DNA of 64,000 bases from Eledone cirrhosa (taxonomy: Eukaryota), in assembly GCA_964016885.1 (NCBI GenBank), contig OZ024742.1:151900001-151964000 (forward strand), given 5' to 3'. Made by a program: the position numbers and the translations under genes. The notes under the pieces are model-generated. The model was given only the letters and a program-made list of their open reading frames with translations, made no database searches and was not told the DNA's origin. Numbering within the stretch: the first letter of the stretch is position 1; each line of letters opens with the position of its first letter. Shown here in pieces: positions 1-11,339 of the stretch.

Positions 1-588
1 GAAATACTTATTCGTTCGTCAATACACAGTCCTCACGACGGATTTCTCCTTGTGTATGGCTTGGACTTAGTGATGGCTTTCCATTGAATGGAGTAGTCTA
101 TACTTGAGTCCTTGAGGGACCATACGTGGCTCGCGAGTTTCGTGGATGAACGTCTGTCCGGGTACATAAAGGTCGACTGATGGTTCAGGAAACGTTCCTT
201 AAATCGTCCCTCTGCCATGCCCACATAGGATTTGACCTCCTGTGGTTGGTTTGGTCGGTTGGAAGTGACCACAGCTTCATAAATTACAGCTGGTCTGTTG
301 CATTGCTGTTGAAGGGGGAAAGCTTCGGGCTTACGGCAAGAGCACCCTGGTGGGGTGTTGCTCCTAGGGCTGCTGGTGATGTGGGCCTTCATGTTCTTAG
401 CGCAGGAGTATCCTAGTTTTACTTTGTGTCGGTTAAAGATAGAGCGGTATTTATGACCTATGGGAAAGTGTCTATCTAAGAGGGCTAGAAATAGACAAAC
501 TATCTGGTTCTCTCCTCCCGTCTCACTCAACGTTAAAACCAATGTAGGCAAAACATGTCTAGCCCTCTTAGATAGACACTTTCCCATA
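1..588 (-). mobile_element. Penelope-like element fragment (linker plus GIY-YIG endonuclease), probably Hydra-type clade, with 5' inversion
   Basis: The minus strand reads FLALLDRHFP..IFNRHKVKLGYSC..CSCRKPEAFPL..AVIYEA..KSYVGMAEGRFKERFLNH..WKAI, and continues past the TGA at 33-35 as GLCIDERISI. The plus strand at 493-588 encodes the upstream linker motif IWFSPPVSLNVKTNVGKT. Confidence 0.88.
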
Positions 589-1134
589 TATATATAAACA
601 TAATCCTGCTACCTATGAAGACTGAGAAGTAAGTGGTTTGAAATGTCCAAATGTAACTGATAACCTTTATATGTTGTGATGTCAGAAATATTAGCTGTCG
701 TCTATTTTTTAAATTGTGTTTACTGTAATTCCCCCTGTTGCAATTTCAAAACTCATAGTGTCCGCATTACATGTTTATAACTCCTAGGCTGCAAAATAAA
801 AAAGAATGTACTAGCAATATAAGTTGATTAATTTCATCGACTGTCGTTTCTTTACGTTAATGCCTGCTCTCATACTCGATGACAATTCAAACATTCGTTC
901 CACATTGGAAAGGTTTAATATGTTTAATACGCCATCGTTCTCTTGATTATTTGTCATCTCTCTCCCAACATTACTTTCCTGTATTTCAATCTTAATAAAG
1001 AAATTATTTTACGCATTTGTTTTAAAAGCCACTTCAAATATAAACGAAGGGACGAATTTACTCAAGTATTCATAACTTATAATCGATTCATAAATTAGCC
1101 ATGCAAAATATATTACGATTATATTTTGCAAATG

Positions 1135-1135
<1 letters not shown>

Positions 1136-1223
<88 letters not shown>

Positions 1224-1306
1224 ACACCCACACACACACACACACACTCAATCACTGACTCACTCTCTCGCACACACGCGCACACACACAGACACACACA
1301 CACACA

Positions 1307-1348
<42 letters not shown>

Positions 1349-1361
1349 CACATACACGCAC

Positions 1362-1396
<35 letters not shown>
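1136..1396. repeat. (CA)n microsatellite
   Basis: Direct reading; explains the HT/CV ORFs. Confidence 0.97.
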
Positions 1397-1401
<5 letters not shown>

Positions 1402-2721
1402 ATAAGGATATAAATGAGTGCGTTTTGTTTGCCGAAAGCTGGTCAGCTGCCTGTTTAAGGTTCCTTTTAGAATGTAAAATATAATGAAGCAGAGTTTTAA
1501 ATAATGGTTATTTTAAAATGCTGCTTTAATCTCACTACCTTGCAATAATTTAGTTCGTTTGTTTTCTTTGCCAACTCACAAACCTTCGTTCCTTTCCTTT
1601 GATAAGTTGAGCGTACGATAATCAAGACTTTCACATAAACCAACCAATCAAACAATCTCACCGCTTCTGGACTTGTGTAGCCATTTTAATTTACGTCGTC
1701 TATAAACTAGGTCAACATTAAGTCGGTAATCAGACTATGTATAGTAGGAAGGTCCAAAAATCGATGCAGTAAATTTGTTTGATCGCCGCTGCAAATAGCC
1801 TTTTAGCAACATCTACGTACATTAGTATGGAAATTCGATCACACGCTTTAAGACTCGAACAAAAAAGAAGTGTATTGACGTTTAATTATTTACGAAGTTA
1901 AACAAACGTGACCGACCCTTTTAAAAACTACAATTGAAATTTAACTAAATTTCATAAGCTATGATGTTTTTCAAAAGCACGAGGACCAATTTGCATATGA
2001 CAAGTATCTCTATCATTTACCTTAGAAGGATGAAACAGTAACACAACGCCAATGGATGTAAATTTAAAATTACTTGAAGCAAAATAAAGTAAATAAATTT
2101 ATTCCCTAAAGATATTTCCGCTAATTTTCAGCTTTTAATTAAAGTAATTTTTTTTTCAGTTGGTACCAACACCTGACGTTTTAAGAGAGTGGCAGAGAAT
2201 GTGGAGGCAAGCGTGACATTCATACCATTTATTCAAGCAAATTTGTCCTAGAAGAAAAGTGAATGACTTTAATAGGAAGTTGTAGCTACGTGGTAAGCTT
2301 GGCATGCTGGGAACTTACATATTGCTCGAAGCAGCTTGCTAAATAAATGGTGTAAAATATTGCTTCCTTCCTTATTCCTAAGGAAATGGTTCGGGAATAA
2401 ATATACAGGCAACTAAATTGCCTGAAGTATATTAAAACTAATTCCTAAGCATGATGAAAGTAAACGTCGACTGAAATGGAAATTGAACACCTAATATAGA
2501 GAAACAAAGCTAAATATTGTAAAGTATTTATGCAACAAATTGCAGTTTCTACTCAGTATCTGCCGTTAAATTATACACTGTAAGGAGGAGAGGAAAAATG
2601 AGATAAAAATAAACAATTTCAATTCCATTTTAAATGTAAGAACGACAGATATTTGTAGACAGAAAAGTTATGAGGAAATAAGTAAAAATAAAAGGAACAC
2701 ATAATAAGGCAAAATAATAGA

Positions 2722-2756
2722 AGAGAGGGAGTGAGAGAGAGAAAGAGAGAGAGTGT

Positions 2757-2811
<55 letters not shown>

Positions 2812-2825
2812 TGAGAGAGAGAGAG

Positions 2826-2857
<32 letters not shown>

Positions 2858-2870
2858 TGCGGGAGAAAGA
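2722..2870. repeat. compound (GA)n/(TA)n microsatellite
   Basis: Direct reading. Confidence 0.93.
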
Positions 2871-3593
2871 GAAAAAAATGTGGTATTAAACGTGAGAAAC
2901 AACACAGTTTTGTATTGCAAAGATCCAGCTAACAGTTTTGTAAATAATACAATAGTTTGAAACAGCTATTACTTAACAAGAAAATGATTTCGGTAAACAG
3001 AATCTTATTTAAAGAAATATAATCAATAGAAGTAAAATTCTTGTTAAATATGCTCAGAGGAGATTGGTATAATTTAATTTGAAATAAAAGAAAAACTGCA
3101 CACACACACACGCACACACACATGTCTATAACTATACTACATATATATATAAACATACATAACATATATATGTGTAAATGCATGCATTTTTTATATATAT
3201 ATATTTATACATATATATGTAGATGTATATGTATGTATATATCTATATACGTATCTATAAATCTATCTATATCTGGCTATCTATCTATCTATCTAGCCAT
3301 CCACCTCTCTCTCCTGTCTCTTTGATATATATATCATGTATATATATGACGGCGTTGAATTTATTTTGTGACGTTTTTGATATGAAATCGTGTGTCGAAA
3401 CAAATATTGTTATACTTGGGGAGGGTTATATTGTTGTAATAATATTACCAGAAAAAATAACAGAACACACTCACTGTTTGGTTGGTTTTCGATTCTGTGT
3501 CTTTTATATCTCCACAGTTAATTCATTTGGTCCTCAATGTTTATCATTGACTGACCAACGAACGGTCAAAAATACAGATATAAATACATATAT

Positions 3594-3647
3594 ATAGTCT
3601 AACAAAGTTCTTTCGTTACACATCTGCAACATCATCAGTGGTACTAT
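3594..3647 (-). ncRNA. Minimal hammerhead ribozyme motif in PLE pseudo-LTR
   Basis: Minus strand: ATAGT-ACCA CTGATGA T GTTGC-AGATGT-GTAAC GAAA GAAC TT TG-TTAG-ACTAT. Confidence 0.65.
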
Positions 3648-4406
3648 TATGTTTCTTCCTGTTGTATTGTATGTGTACGCCATTTTTATTTTTTCTGTTT
3701 ATTTATTTATTTATTTTTGTCTTCTTCTCTGCGCATGCGTTTGCGTGTGTGTATAGTGTTTGGTGTGTGTGTTCGCGTTTGGGTGACTGTGTTTTGGTTA
3801 TTGTATTCTATCTTAGTTTACTAGTGTGTGTTTATATGTGTTTGTTGTTATTGTACTTATCTATATATATATATCTATTTATTTATTTATTTATATTTCT
3901 CTTAAGTCAGTATTGTTTGTTTGCGTTTTGTGGTTATTCCATTCATTTCTTCTGTTTAATCAAGATGTCCCCAGATGTATGTGACAGTACAGAGGACCTC
4001 CTCAGCAGAATCAATGAGTGCAACAAAAACAAAAACCTATCTAACTGCATAATAGGCAGTATGGACGTGCTATCACTATATCCATCCATTAACATTGATT
4101 TTGCTGTGGAAAATTGTGTGGAGATAATCAGTAAGAGTCAGGTGGAGTTCTGCGACGTCGACGCAGATGAACTGGGCCTCCTACTTATTGTACTTGTGTA
4201 TATATTTATACAAAAGCACAATAACATCAAACACAAACTAAGATAGAATACAATAACCAAAACACAGTCACCCAAACGCGAACACACACACCAAACACTA
4301 TACACACACGGAAACGTATGCGCAGAGAAGAAGGCAAAAATAAATAAATAAATAAACAGATAAAATAAAAATGGCGTAGACATACAATACAACAGGAGGA
4401 AATATA

Positions 4407-4460
4407 ATAGTACCACTGATGATGTTGCAGATGTGCATCGAAAGAACTTTATTAGACTAT
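4407..4460 (+). ncRNA. Minimal hammerhead ribozyme motif in PLE pseudo-LTR (degenerate)
   Basis: CTGATGA at 4416-4422 and GAAA at 4440-4443; ATAGT/ACTAT forms the distal stem I. Confidence 0.55.
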
Positions 4461-4590
4461 ATATATGTATTTATATCTGTATTTTTGACCGTTGGTCAGT
4501 CAATGATAAACATTGAGGACCAAATGAATTAACTGTGCAGATATAAAAGATATAGAAGCGAAAACCAACCAAACAGTGAGTGTGTTCTGT

Positions 4591-4688
4591 AGGTTAACTT
4601 TGCCTTTCATCCTTACGGGGTCGATAAAATAAAGTACCAGTAATGCACTGGGTAATTGCTGGCCTTGTGCCAAAAGTAGAAACAATTA
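4591..4688 (+). mobile_element. 5'-truncated SINE inserted into the PLE pseudo-LTR
   Basis: Carries the GTTAACTTTGCCTTTCATCCTTACGGGGTCGATAAAATAAAGTACC core; absent from sister pLTR copies at 3407 and 4757. Confidence 0.9.
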
Positions 4689-4756
4689 TTTCTGGTAATA
4701 TTATTACAACAATATGACCCCCCCCAAGTATAACAATATATATATATATATATATA

Positions 4757-5130
4757 TTGTTATACTTGGGGAGGGTCATATTTGGGTAATAATATTGCCA
4801 GAATTAATAACAGAACACACTCACTGTTTGGTTGGTTTTCGCTTCTGTGTCTTTTATATCGGTTAAATTAATTTATTCGGTTCTCAATGTTACCATTGAC
4901 TGCCCAACGGTCAAAAATACAGATACAATATAGACACAAACACATATATATAGTCTAACAAAGTTCTTTCGTTGCTCATCTGCAACATCGTCAGTGGTGC
5001 TATTATGTTTCCTCCAGTTGTATTGTATGTCTACGCCATCTTTATTTAGTCTGTTTATTTTTTTTTTGTCTTCTCTGCGCATGCGTTTGCATGTGTGTAT
5101 AGTGTTTTGTTTGATGTGTGTTCGTGTTAT
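4757..5130 (-). mobile_element. Third copy of the PLE pseudo-LTR, with hammerhead motif at 4950-5003
   Basis: Clearly alignable to 3407-3780; carries CTGACGA T GTTGC-AGATGA-GCAAC GAAA; tail-to-tail with the previous copy across a short (TA)n tract. Confidence 0.85.
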
Positions 5131-5183
5131 ACACACATATATATATATGTATATATATATACATATATATACAAAATTTCAAT

Positions 5184-6087
5184 TTATCATGTAACAACAC
5201 TCGCAGACAAGGCTTGGCAGCTGCGCAAAAATAACCAACAATTTAACCTAAAATGGGATGTAAAAGCTCTGCCCCTGCATACTCAAGGACAGGAATTTTG
5301 TAAATTGTGTAATATGGAAATATTTTGTATTATGAAATCCAAACATATTTTATTAAATAACTGAATAGAGCGATCGTTATACTTTCACCATCGCTTGAAA
5401 TCTACATTTTTATATTACAAACGCTACCAGGATTGAACACCTGTCTCCATCTCCGTTTGATTGTCAAAATACATATTAACATTCTCTATTACTCTTAATT
5501 CTATCAACTCTTCTATTCTTTACCATTTAATATAAACTGCTATAGATAAAATGAGATTTCTTAATTCAATTCCCTAATGCATATACCAGCAGGCTACCAG
5601 CATTGTTGTTATACAGTAGCAGTGAAAATCTCTCTCTTCCTTTCTTGACACTTTATATCTGTATTAATACTACAATACCAAACGACCAGCCCTGTCCATT
5701 GTTCAACTGGTCAAATATGGATTAAAATAGGCACTCCCAAAAATTCTTATATAGATAAAATAAACCATATACTCATTGTATTCTCATTAAAAACCTTCTA
5801 TATACTTGTTTACCAGCAAATTGAATTGCCATCTGTCATATACTATCCCTTCTCTTCTTCCTTTCTTACAACTAATATAAGTACTTTGATTTTTCTGATT
5901 TTTTCCAATTTATCCAATATCTCTGAAGAAGTGACACCTGATTATATATTTTCTATCGACTACTTGTTAACATTATATGATTACGCAAGCAGCGATACAT
6001 AGGTATTCCGTCTGTTACAGAAACATATGTCAATACATAATACATTGCTTTATAAAAGCACTTTCATTTTATATTCATCTTTTCTAC
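5184..6087 (+). mobile_element. 3' end of a Hydra-type Penelope-like element (GIY-YIG C-terminus plus 3' UTR)
   Basis: TTLADKAWQLRKNNQQFNLKWDV..FCKLCNMEIFCI..LLNN*..HHRLK matches the C-termini at 1-150 and 49080-49300; hammerhead-like core at 5923-6031; runs into (TA)n. Confidence 0.72.
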
Positions 6088-6266
<179 letters not shown>

Positions 6267-6809
6267 CAGGGGCGATGGAAGCATTTTTGGATTGGCGAGA
6301 GGCAAATTTGGTCAATTTAGTTGTAGTGATTCATTTAGCTGTTATTATCAAATATTAACCAAGATATAAAAAAACCTTCGATATACGATAAACATAACAT
6401 GTATATAAATTCTAGCGCATATACAAATAGATGTATGTTTTGGTAATTTGGGTTGATAAAATGACGTACCAGTAATGCACTGGAATCGATTTGATCGACT
6501 TTCCCCTTCCCCAAAATTGTTGGCCTTCTGCCTAAATCAGAAACCAATGTTTTCATTTTTAGTTTACGTTATTTACCCGTCTATTAGACGCATTTAAAAA
6601 AAACAAAAAAAGGCATAACACTTTTCCTTGCATCCAATACGCCCGTATCACCAATTGTAGGCCAAACGGATGAGGGTTATTTATAAACTTTCTTGCGATA
6701 ATCAGTTTGTATTTTTTCATGTTTTAAAATCAAATCTTTCTACTACTCAGTGGAATTAATGTTATCTCGCAGTGCACCAACCGATACACAAGTGCACCAA
6801 CTCTCTTTA

Positions 6810-7720
6810 AGAGTTAATTGCTAGCATATATTGTATAGGCCAATGTGGTGGAGCCACTTCATAGTAGCTAGACATAGTAGAAATAGCAGATAATTGTTTC
6901 TACTTTTGGCACAAGGCCAGCAATTACCCAGTGCATTACTGGTACTTTATTTTATCGACCCCGTAAGGATGAAAGGCAAAGTTAACCTCGGCGGGATTTG
7001 AACTCAGAATGGCAAGGACCGTAACTCTATGCGTCAAAGCATGGCGTCCGACCCTCTACCGATACTGCCAATCCACCGAAATAGCAGATAATACTCTCTC
7101 AAACTATACATATGTGTTATGTATGTATCACTCTATATCTATTTGTATATATATGGGACAAAAGAGCAGGGCGCTACACGGTAACTAAAATAGTAGCCAA
7201 ATGTCCCTCAAAATGCAGGATCTCTGCTTAGGAGCTACTTGGTAGCATATATTGTATAAGCCAATGTAGTAGAACCTCTCCATTGTAGGTAGACCTAGTA
7301 AAAATAGACAATTCTCCCCCAAGCCACACCATACTGTGTCATGTACCAATCTACCTATCCCTCTCTGTGTGTCTATATATAAGACAAAAGAGCGAGGCCA
7401 CTACACGATAGCTGGACATAATAGAAATCGCAGCTAATTCTACACCCAAATCACACCCTACAGTCTTATGTTTGTATGAACTAATGGTAACTAGACCTGT
7501 TAAAAGTAGCAGCCAAATACCCCTCAAGATAAATACAGGTGCTCTGTTTGGAATCTACTTAGTAGTTAGATCTGTCAGAAATAGCAACAAATTCCCCCCT
7601 CAAAACACACCGTATTATATTATCGATGTATTAACCAACAAAGACTAATCTCTATATGATGGTTATACCTGCTAGGAGCCAAATGGTCCTCAATCTATAC
7701 ATTAGTCCCTCTAGGTATGA
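6810..7720. repeat. Degenerate ~110-120 bp tandem-like repeat (CTAGAC..GTAGAAATAGCAGCCAAAT..CCCTCAA)
   Basis: The motif recurs near 6870, 7185, 7295, 7415, 7495, 7570 and 7670. Confidence 0.6.
6892..7078 (-). mobile_element. Near full-length tRNA-derived SINE (Nin-domain-like core) with 15-bp TSD
   Basis: A-box-like TGGCAGTATCGG and B-box GAGTTCAAATCC on the minus strand; GAAATAGCAGATAAT duplicated at 6880-6894 and 7078-7092. Confidence 0.92.
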
Positions 7721-7739
7721 AAGAGTTGCCAGAACATAG

Positions 7740-8082
7740 TAAATTAATTTCATTATTCTAAAATAATAATTAATATTGATATTGTCATAAGATTTCTACA
7801 ACTAGGAATTGCGATGGAAAAAAACAGATTTTTTTTACCATATAACTTCGTCAACGAATTAATCATATAGACCATTTAAAAAAAAAGCACACCCCAAAAA
7901 CTGTCTCTGCAAAATCTTATTTCTTATTTTAAAATATATATTACTAAGAATAGAAAGTTATTTGAACAAAAATTGAAGATGTGGCGAGCACTAAACTTTA
8001 ATTCTGTCGGTTAATGTTAATCCTTACACTCGTCTACGACAAAGGATTTTAGACATACCGTTTGAGTGAAACAGAAAGCTAC
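7740..8082. repeat. ~340 bp AT-rich dispersed repeat, copy 1
   Basis: Alignable along its length with 10045-10388. Confidence 0.9.
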
Positions 8083-8450
8083 TTTGTTTCTCTGAGACAG
8101 ATTTTATATTATTTTTCCCTAAAAAAAAAAAAAAAATGGCACTAGGGCTTAGTTTCGTGGTAGTGCTTATATTTTTACACAAACAATGACAGCACAAGAG
8201 TTTTGATAAAATATCATTATATTGATGTCAGAAATAAAGGATATATATTATATTATAGAGTTAAAAACAATATATCGTTAAAATAATTATGTTAGTAAAC
8301 AACAATGTTCCGGTAGTCTGAGTTTTATATTATTTTTTATATCAATTTTCCTTGCAAAAATGCGCTAGGGTTTATTTTCAGGATAGGGCTTATATTGGAC
8401 AGCAACATAAAATCATGCCAGAGCTTATTTTTGGAGTAAGGGAAACACGA
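8080..8450. mobile_element. Degenerate Tc1/pogo (Tigger/Tc2-like) MITE
   Basis: Internal repeats CTAGGGCTTA(T)TTTC; the right end GGGAAACACG is roughly inverted to the left end CTTTGTTTCTC. Confidence 0.5.
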
Positions 8451-8454
8451 GAAT

Positions 8455-8860
8455 ATTGAAGGCTATATTAAGTGTACACATGTCTGTAGAATACTCAGCC
8501 ACTTACAGTGTAATACAAACATAATTATTTCAATCAGCCTCGTCAAATACTGTGCCATACTGAATCTCCCTAAGAACTGCGTTAAGGGTATACGTGTCTG
8601 TGGATTGCCCGGCCACCTACAGTACATCATGTGCTATACCTGTAATTCAAAGAATCAGATATGTTACATACTGTGTCATACTGTGTCATACTGAATCTCC
8701 CTGAGAATTATGTTAAGTGTACACGTGTCTGTGGAATAGTTAATCAATTACACTGTAATACAAAACGATTATTCCTGTTAAACAACGGGCCAACCCTGTC
8801 AAATGCTGTGTCATGCTGAATCTCCCTGAGGACTGCGTTAAGGTACACGTGTCTGTGGAA
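8455..8860 (+). repeat. About four tandem copies of a SINE 3'-body segment
   Basis: CTGAATCTCCCTGAGAACTGCGTTAAGGGTACACGTGTCTGTGG recurs at ~8470, 8560, 8690 and 8817; the same segment occurs in the dispersed copy at 55830-56030. Confidence 0.75.
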
Positions 8861-8949
8861 TGTAAAATTTGGTTTGATTTGGTCCAGCCGTTTGAAAATG
8901 CTTAGGAACAGAGAGACAGAGAGACAAATAATTTTATATATAGAGAGAT
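8861..8949 (-). mobile_element. 5' terminus of a non-autonomous Helitron-like element
   Basis: Minus strand A|TCTCTCTATATATAAAATTATTTGTCTCTCTG resembles the Helitron start at 19050. Confidence 0.5.
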
Positions 8950-9465
8950 GTTCTTTATTAAGCAGAAAGTGAATATTCTGGATTTCATAATCTGGTAGAA
9001 TATCTTGCAAGATTCCTTTCCCTCAACTACATCTATCATATATTTATCTATCATTAACACCACAGCTGAAGGAATCCGTAAAATAATAAATCAGTGTATG
9101 GGTTTGGGTGGGTAATGAAACAAAGAACTGCCAGTTGCAAAATTACATTAAAATTACGTTCAGTACATATTTTTATTTAGATGTGAGCCTGTGATTGTTT
9201 TTTTTTAAATATTGGAACAAATACCGGAATATCAGAAATATTGGCAGTTGGTATTATTGTACGGAGAGTGAGTCGTGACAAAAGGGAAGACGTTTAACTT
9301 TCAACACTTGTATCTACATGTCACAAATTGTGTAACATGCTTATATCCAACACTGTAAGCAGCAGTATTAATATAGAACGGATATTTATGTACTTAGCTT
9401 GCGACAATGATTTCAATACCTATTGATGGAAATACTTGTAATATACCATCGTCTTATTCAATGAA

Positions 9466-9530
<65 letters not shown>

Positions 9531-10044
9531 ATGATTGCATAACACAATATAAAGTAAGGTTAAGCAAGTTTCTATCTGTAAAGAATTAACTACTTATATT
9601 TCTTCAATGGGAGAGTCAAAAGAGGAAGGACAGCGCTCGTGATCAATTTCATGTCTACCAAGACCTTGGAAAAGAAGAGATACATTTCTTCTCAGATCAG
9701 ACACCCAACTCGAAAGCCTGCACCAGAGCAGACTTCGTTAAAAGCACAAAGAACTAGATGACTGTGTAACACCAGGTGATGGATTATGACTACTACCCAA
9801 CAACAAGGACCCAAAGGATTACACACACCTTCCATCAACCAAATACCACTTGAAATTATTTAGTCATTCCAAGGCTATGGTAGAAGAGATTTAAGGAAAC
9901 ACGTACTAGAATGAACCCCTACACTACGTACATGCGAAGTTAAATTTTTATCCGTATAGCCATGTCTGTACCTATGAAGACAGCAAGCATCATAACATGT
10001 AAATAAGGAATATTGTGAAGACTGTGAATTCGCAGAGTCGTTAG

Positions 10045-10388
10045 AAATTTATTTCATTATTCTAAAATAATAATTAATATTGATAATGTCATAGGATTTC
10101 TACAACTAGGAATTGCGACGTGGAAAAAAAGTTTTTTTTTATACCATATAACTTCGTCAAGGTATTAATCATCTGCACCATTAAAAAACCCCCCCCACCA
10201 AAATTATATCTCTGCAAAATCTTATTTCTTATTTTAAAATATATATTACTAAGAATAGAAAGTTATTTGAACAAAAATTGAAGATGTGGCGTGCACTAAA
10301 CTAATTATGTCGGTAAATTTTAATCCATACACTCGTCTACAAGAAAGGGGTTTTACACATATCATTTGAGTGAAACACAGAAAACTAC
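10045..10388. repeat. ~340 bp AT-rich dispersed repeat, copy 2, splitting a SINE head
   Basis: SINE A-box (GCAGAGTCGTTAG) lies to the left; B-box and core (GAGTTCAAATCC..CTTTCATCCTTTC) lie to the right. Confidence 0.88.
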
Positions 10389-11339
10389 CTTGGATGGAAC
10401 GCTTTGCCTTATTCGTCCCCGCTCACTACACTTTGAGTTCAAATCCCACTGAGGTTAATTTCCCTTTCATCCTTTCACGATTGATATAAAAATTCAGTTC
10501 AGTATTGCGGTGGATTCTTGCTCTATATCTCTCACTTCCTCTCCCTATCCCTCTTTTTTCTTCTCTAGCAGAACTCAGCTGTATTCAGATCGACGGGTTT
10601 ATAATGTCCGTCCAAGACAGGCTCTTCCTATTCACACACAAGATATATGTCTGCACATATTAAGTAGACAGATATCTTTGTCTCAAACCTATCGAAGGGT
10701 AGTATTTTCCTTCATAGTTTCTTTGGAAAAATTACTGATCTACATAATATTTCATTTATTCTCTGCTAAAAGTGTATTCAAATTACTCTTTCTTTTACTT
10801 TCATCACAGAATGAAACCTATGAAATATAAGCAATCAAATATCGAAGATACTATCTTCACAAATTTCGCAGGAAACTGAACGTTGTTTATAAGACACTCG
10901 TTTCTTGAAAAGTAGGTAAATATTTCTTTAATTCGTTTTAAAAAATATGAATCAGCTACATTAGTGAATGATAACACATTCATTGGTAATGTTATGAGCA
11001 ATTAAATATAATCAATTAAATAACCAGTCCCTGTATTATCAGCCCCAAAAATAAAGTATTGTAAGATCCAACAAGACGGAATTTCAACTCTGACCAAATT
11101 GGGAGAAAAATTAAAAAGTTTGTTTAGTCGAAAATTATAATGTTTCCACTACTCGGCAATGTTATTGGTGATAAAAACAACAATTTATATTATTTAGAAA
11201 CTTAATAATTGTTATTTCTAGTTCGATATTCAGCTGAATAAATGATAAATAATAATAAATATGTACACGAGGAAACAGAGCATTAAAAATCATCGAAATA
11301 GAAATGACCAGATGTAGAAGCTGTTTTCAGTTATTGCAG

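Larger units (their letters stand above)
3407..4737 (+). mobile_element. Internally deleted Penelope-like element: inverted 5' pseudo-LTR, RT fragment, 3' pseudo-LTR
   Basis: 3407-3830 is the reverse complement of ~4230-4737. Between them, 3961-4186 encodes CDSTEDLLSRI..IIGSMDVLSLYPSINID (PLE RT motif A). The element ends in CCCAAGTATAACAAT followed by (AT)n. Confidence 0.85.

Noticed and set aside
3638-3960. Hydrophobic N-terminus of the 202-aa ORF as a membrane protein
   Set aside because: It is the antisense reading of an AC-rich pseudo-LTR; only the C-terminal ~75 aa are real RT.
6892-7078. tRNA genes at A/B-box motifs
   Set aside because: They are SINE heads without a full cloverleaf, attached to a common core and tail.
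10811-10916. Plus-strand AG..GT bounded ~105-nt exon
   Set aside because: No clear coding signal and no partner exons; such sites arise by chance in AT-rich DNA.
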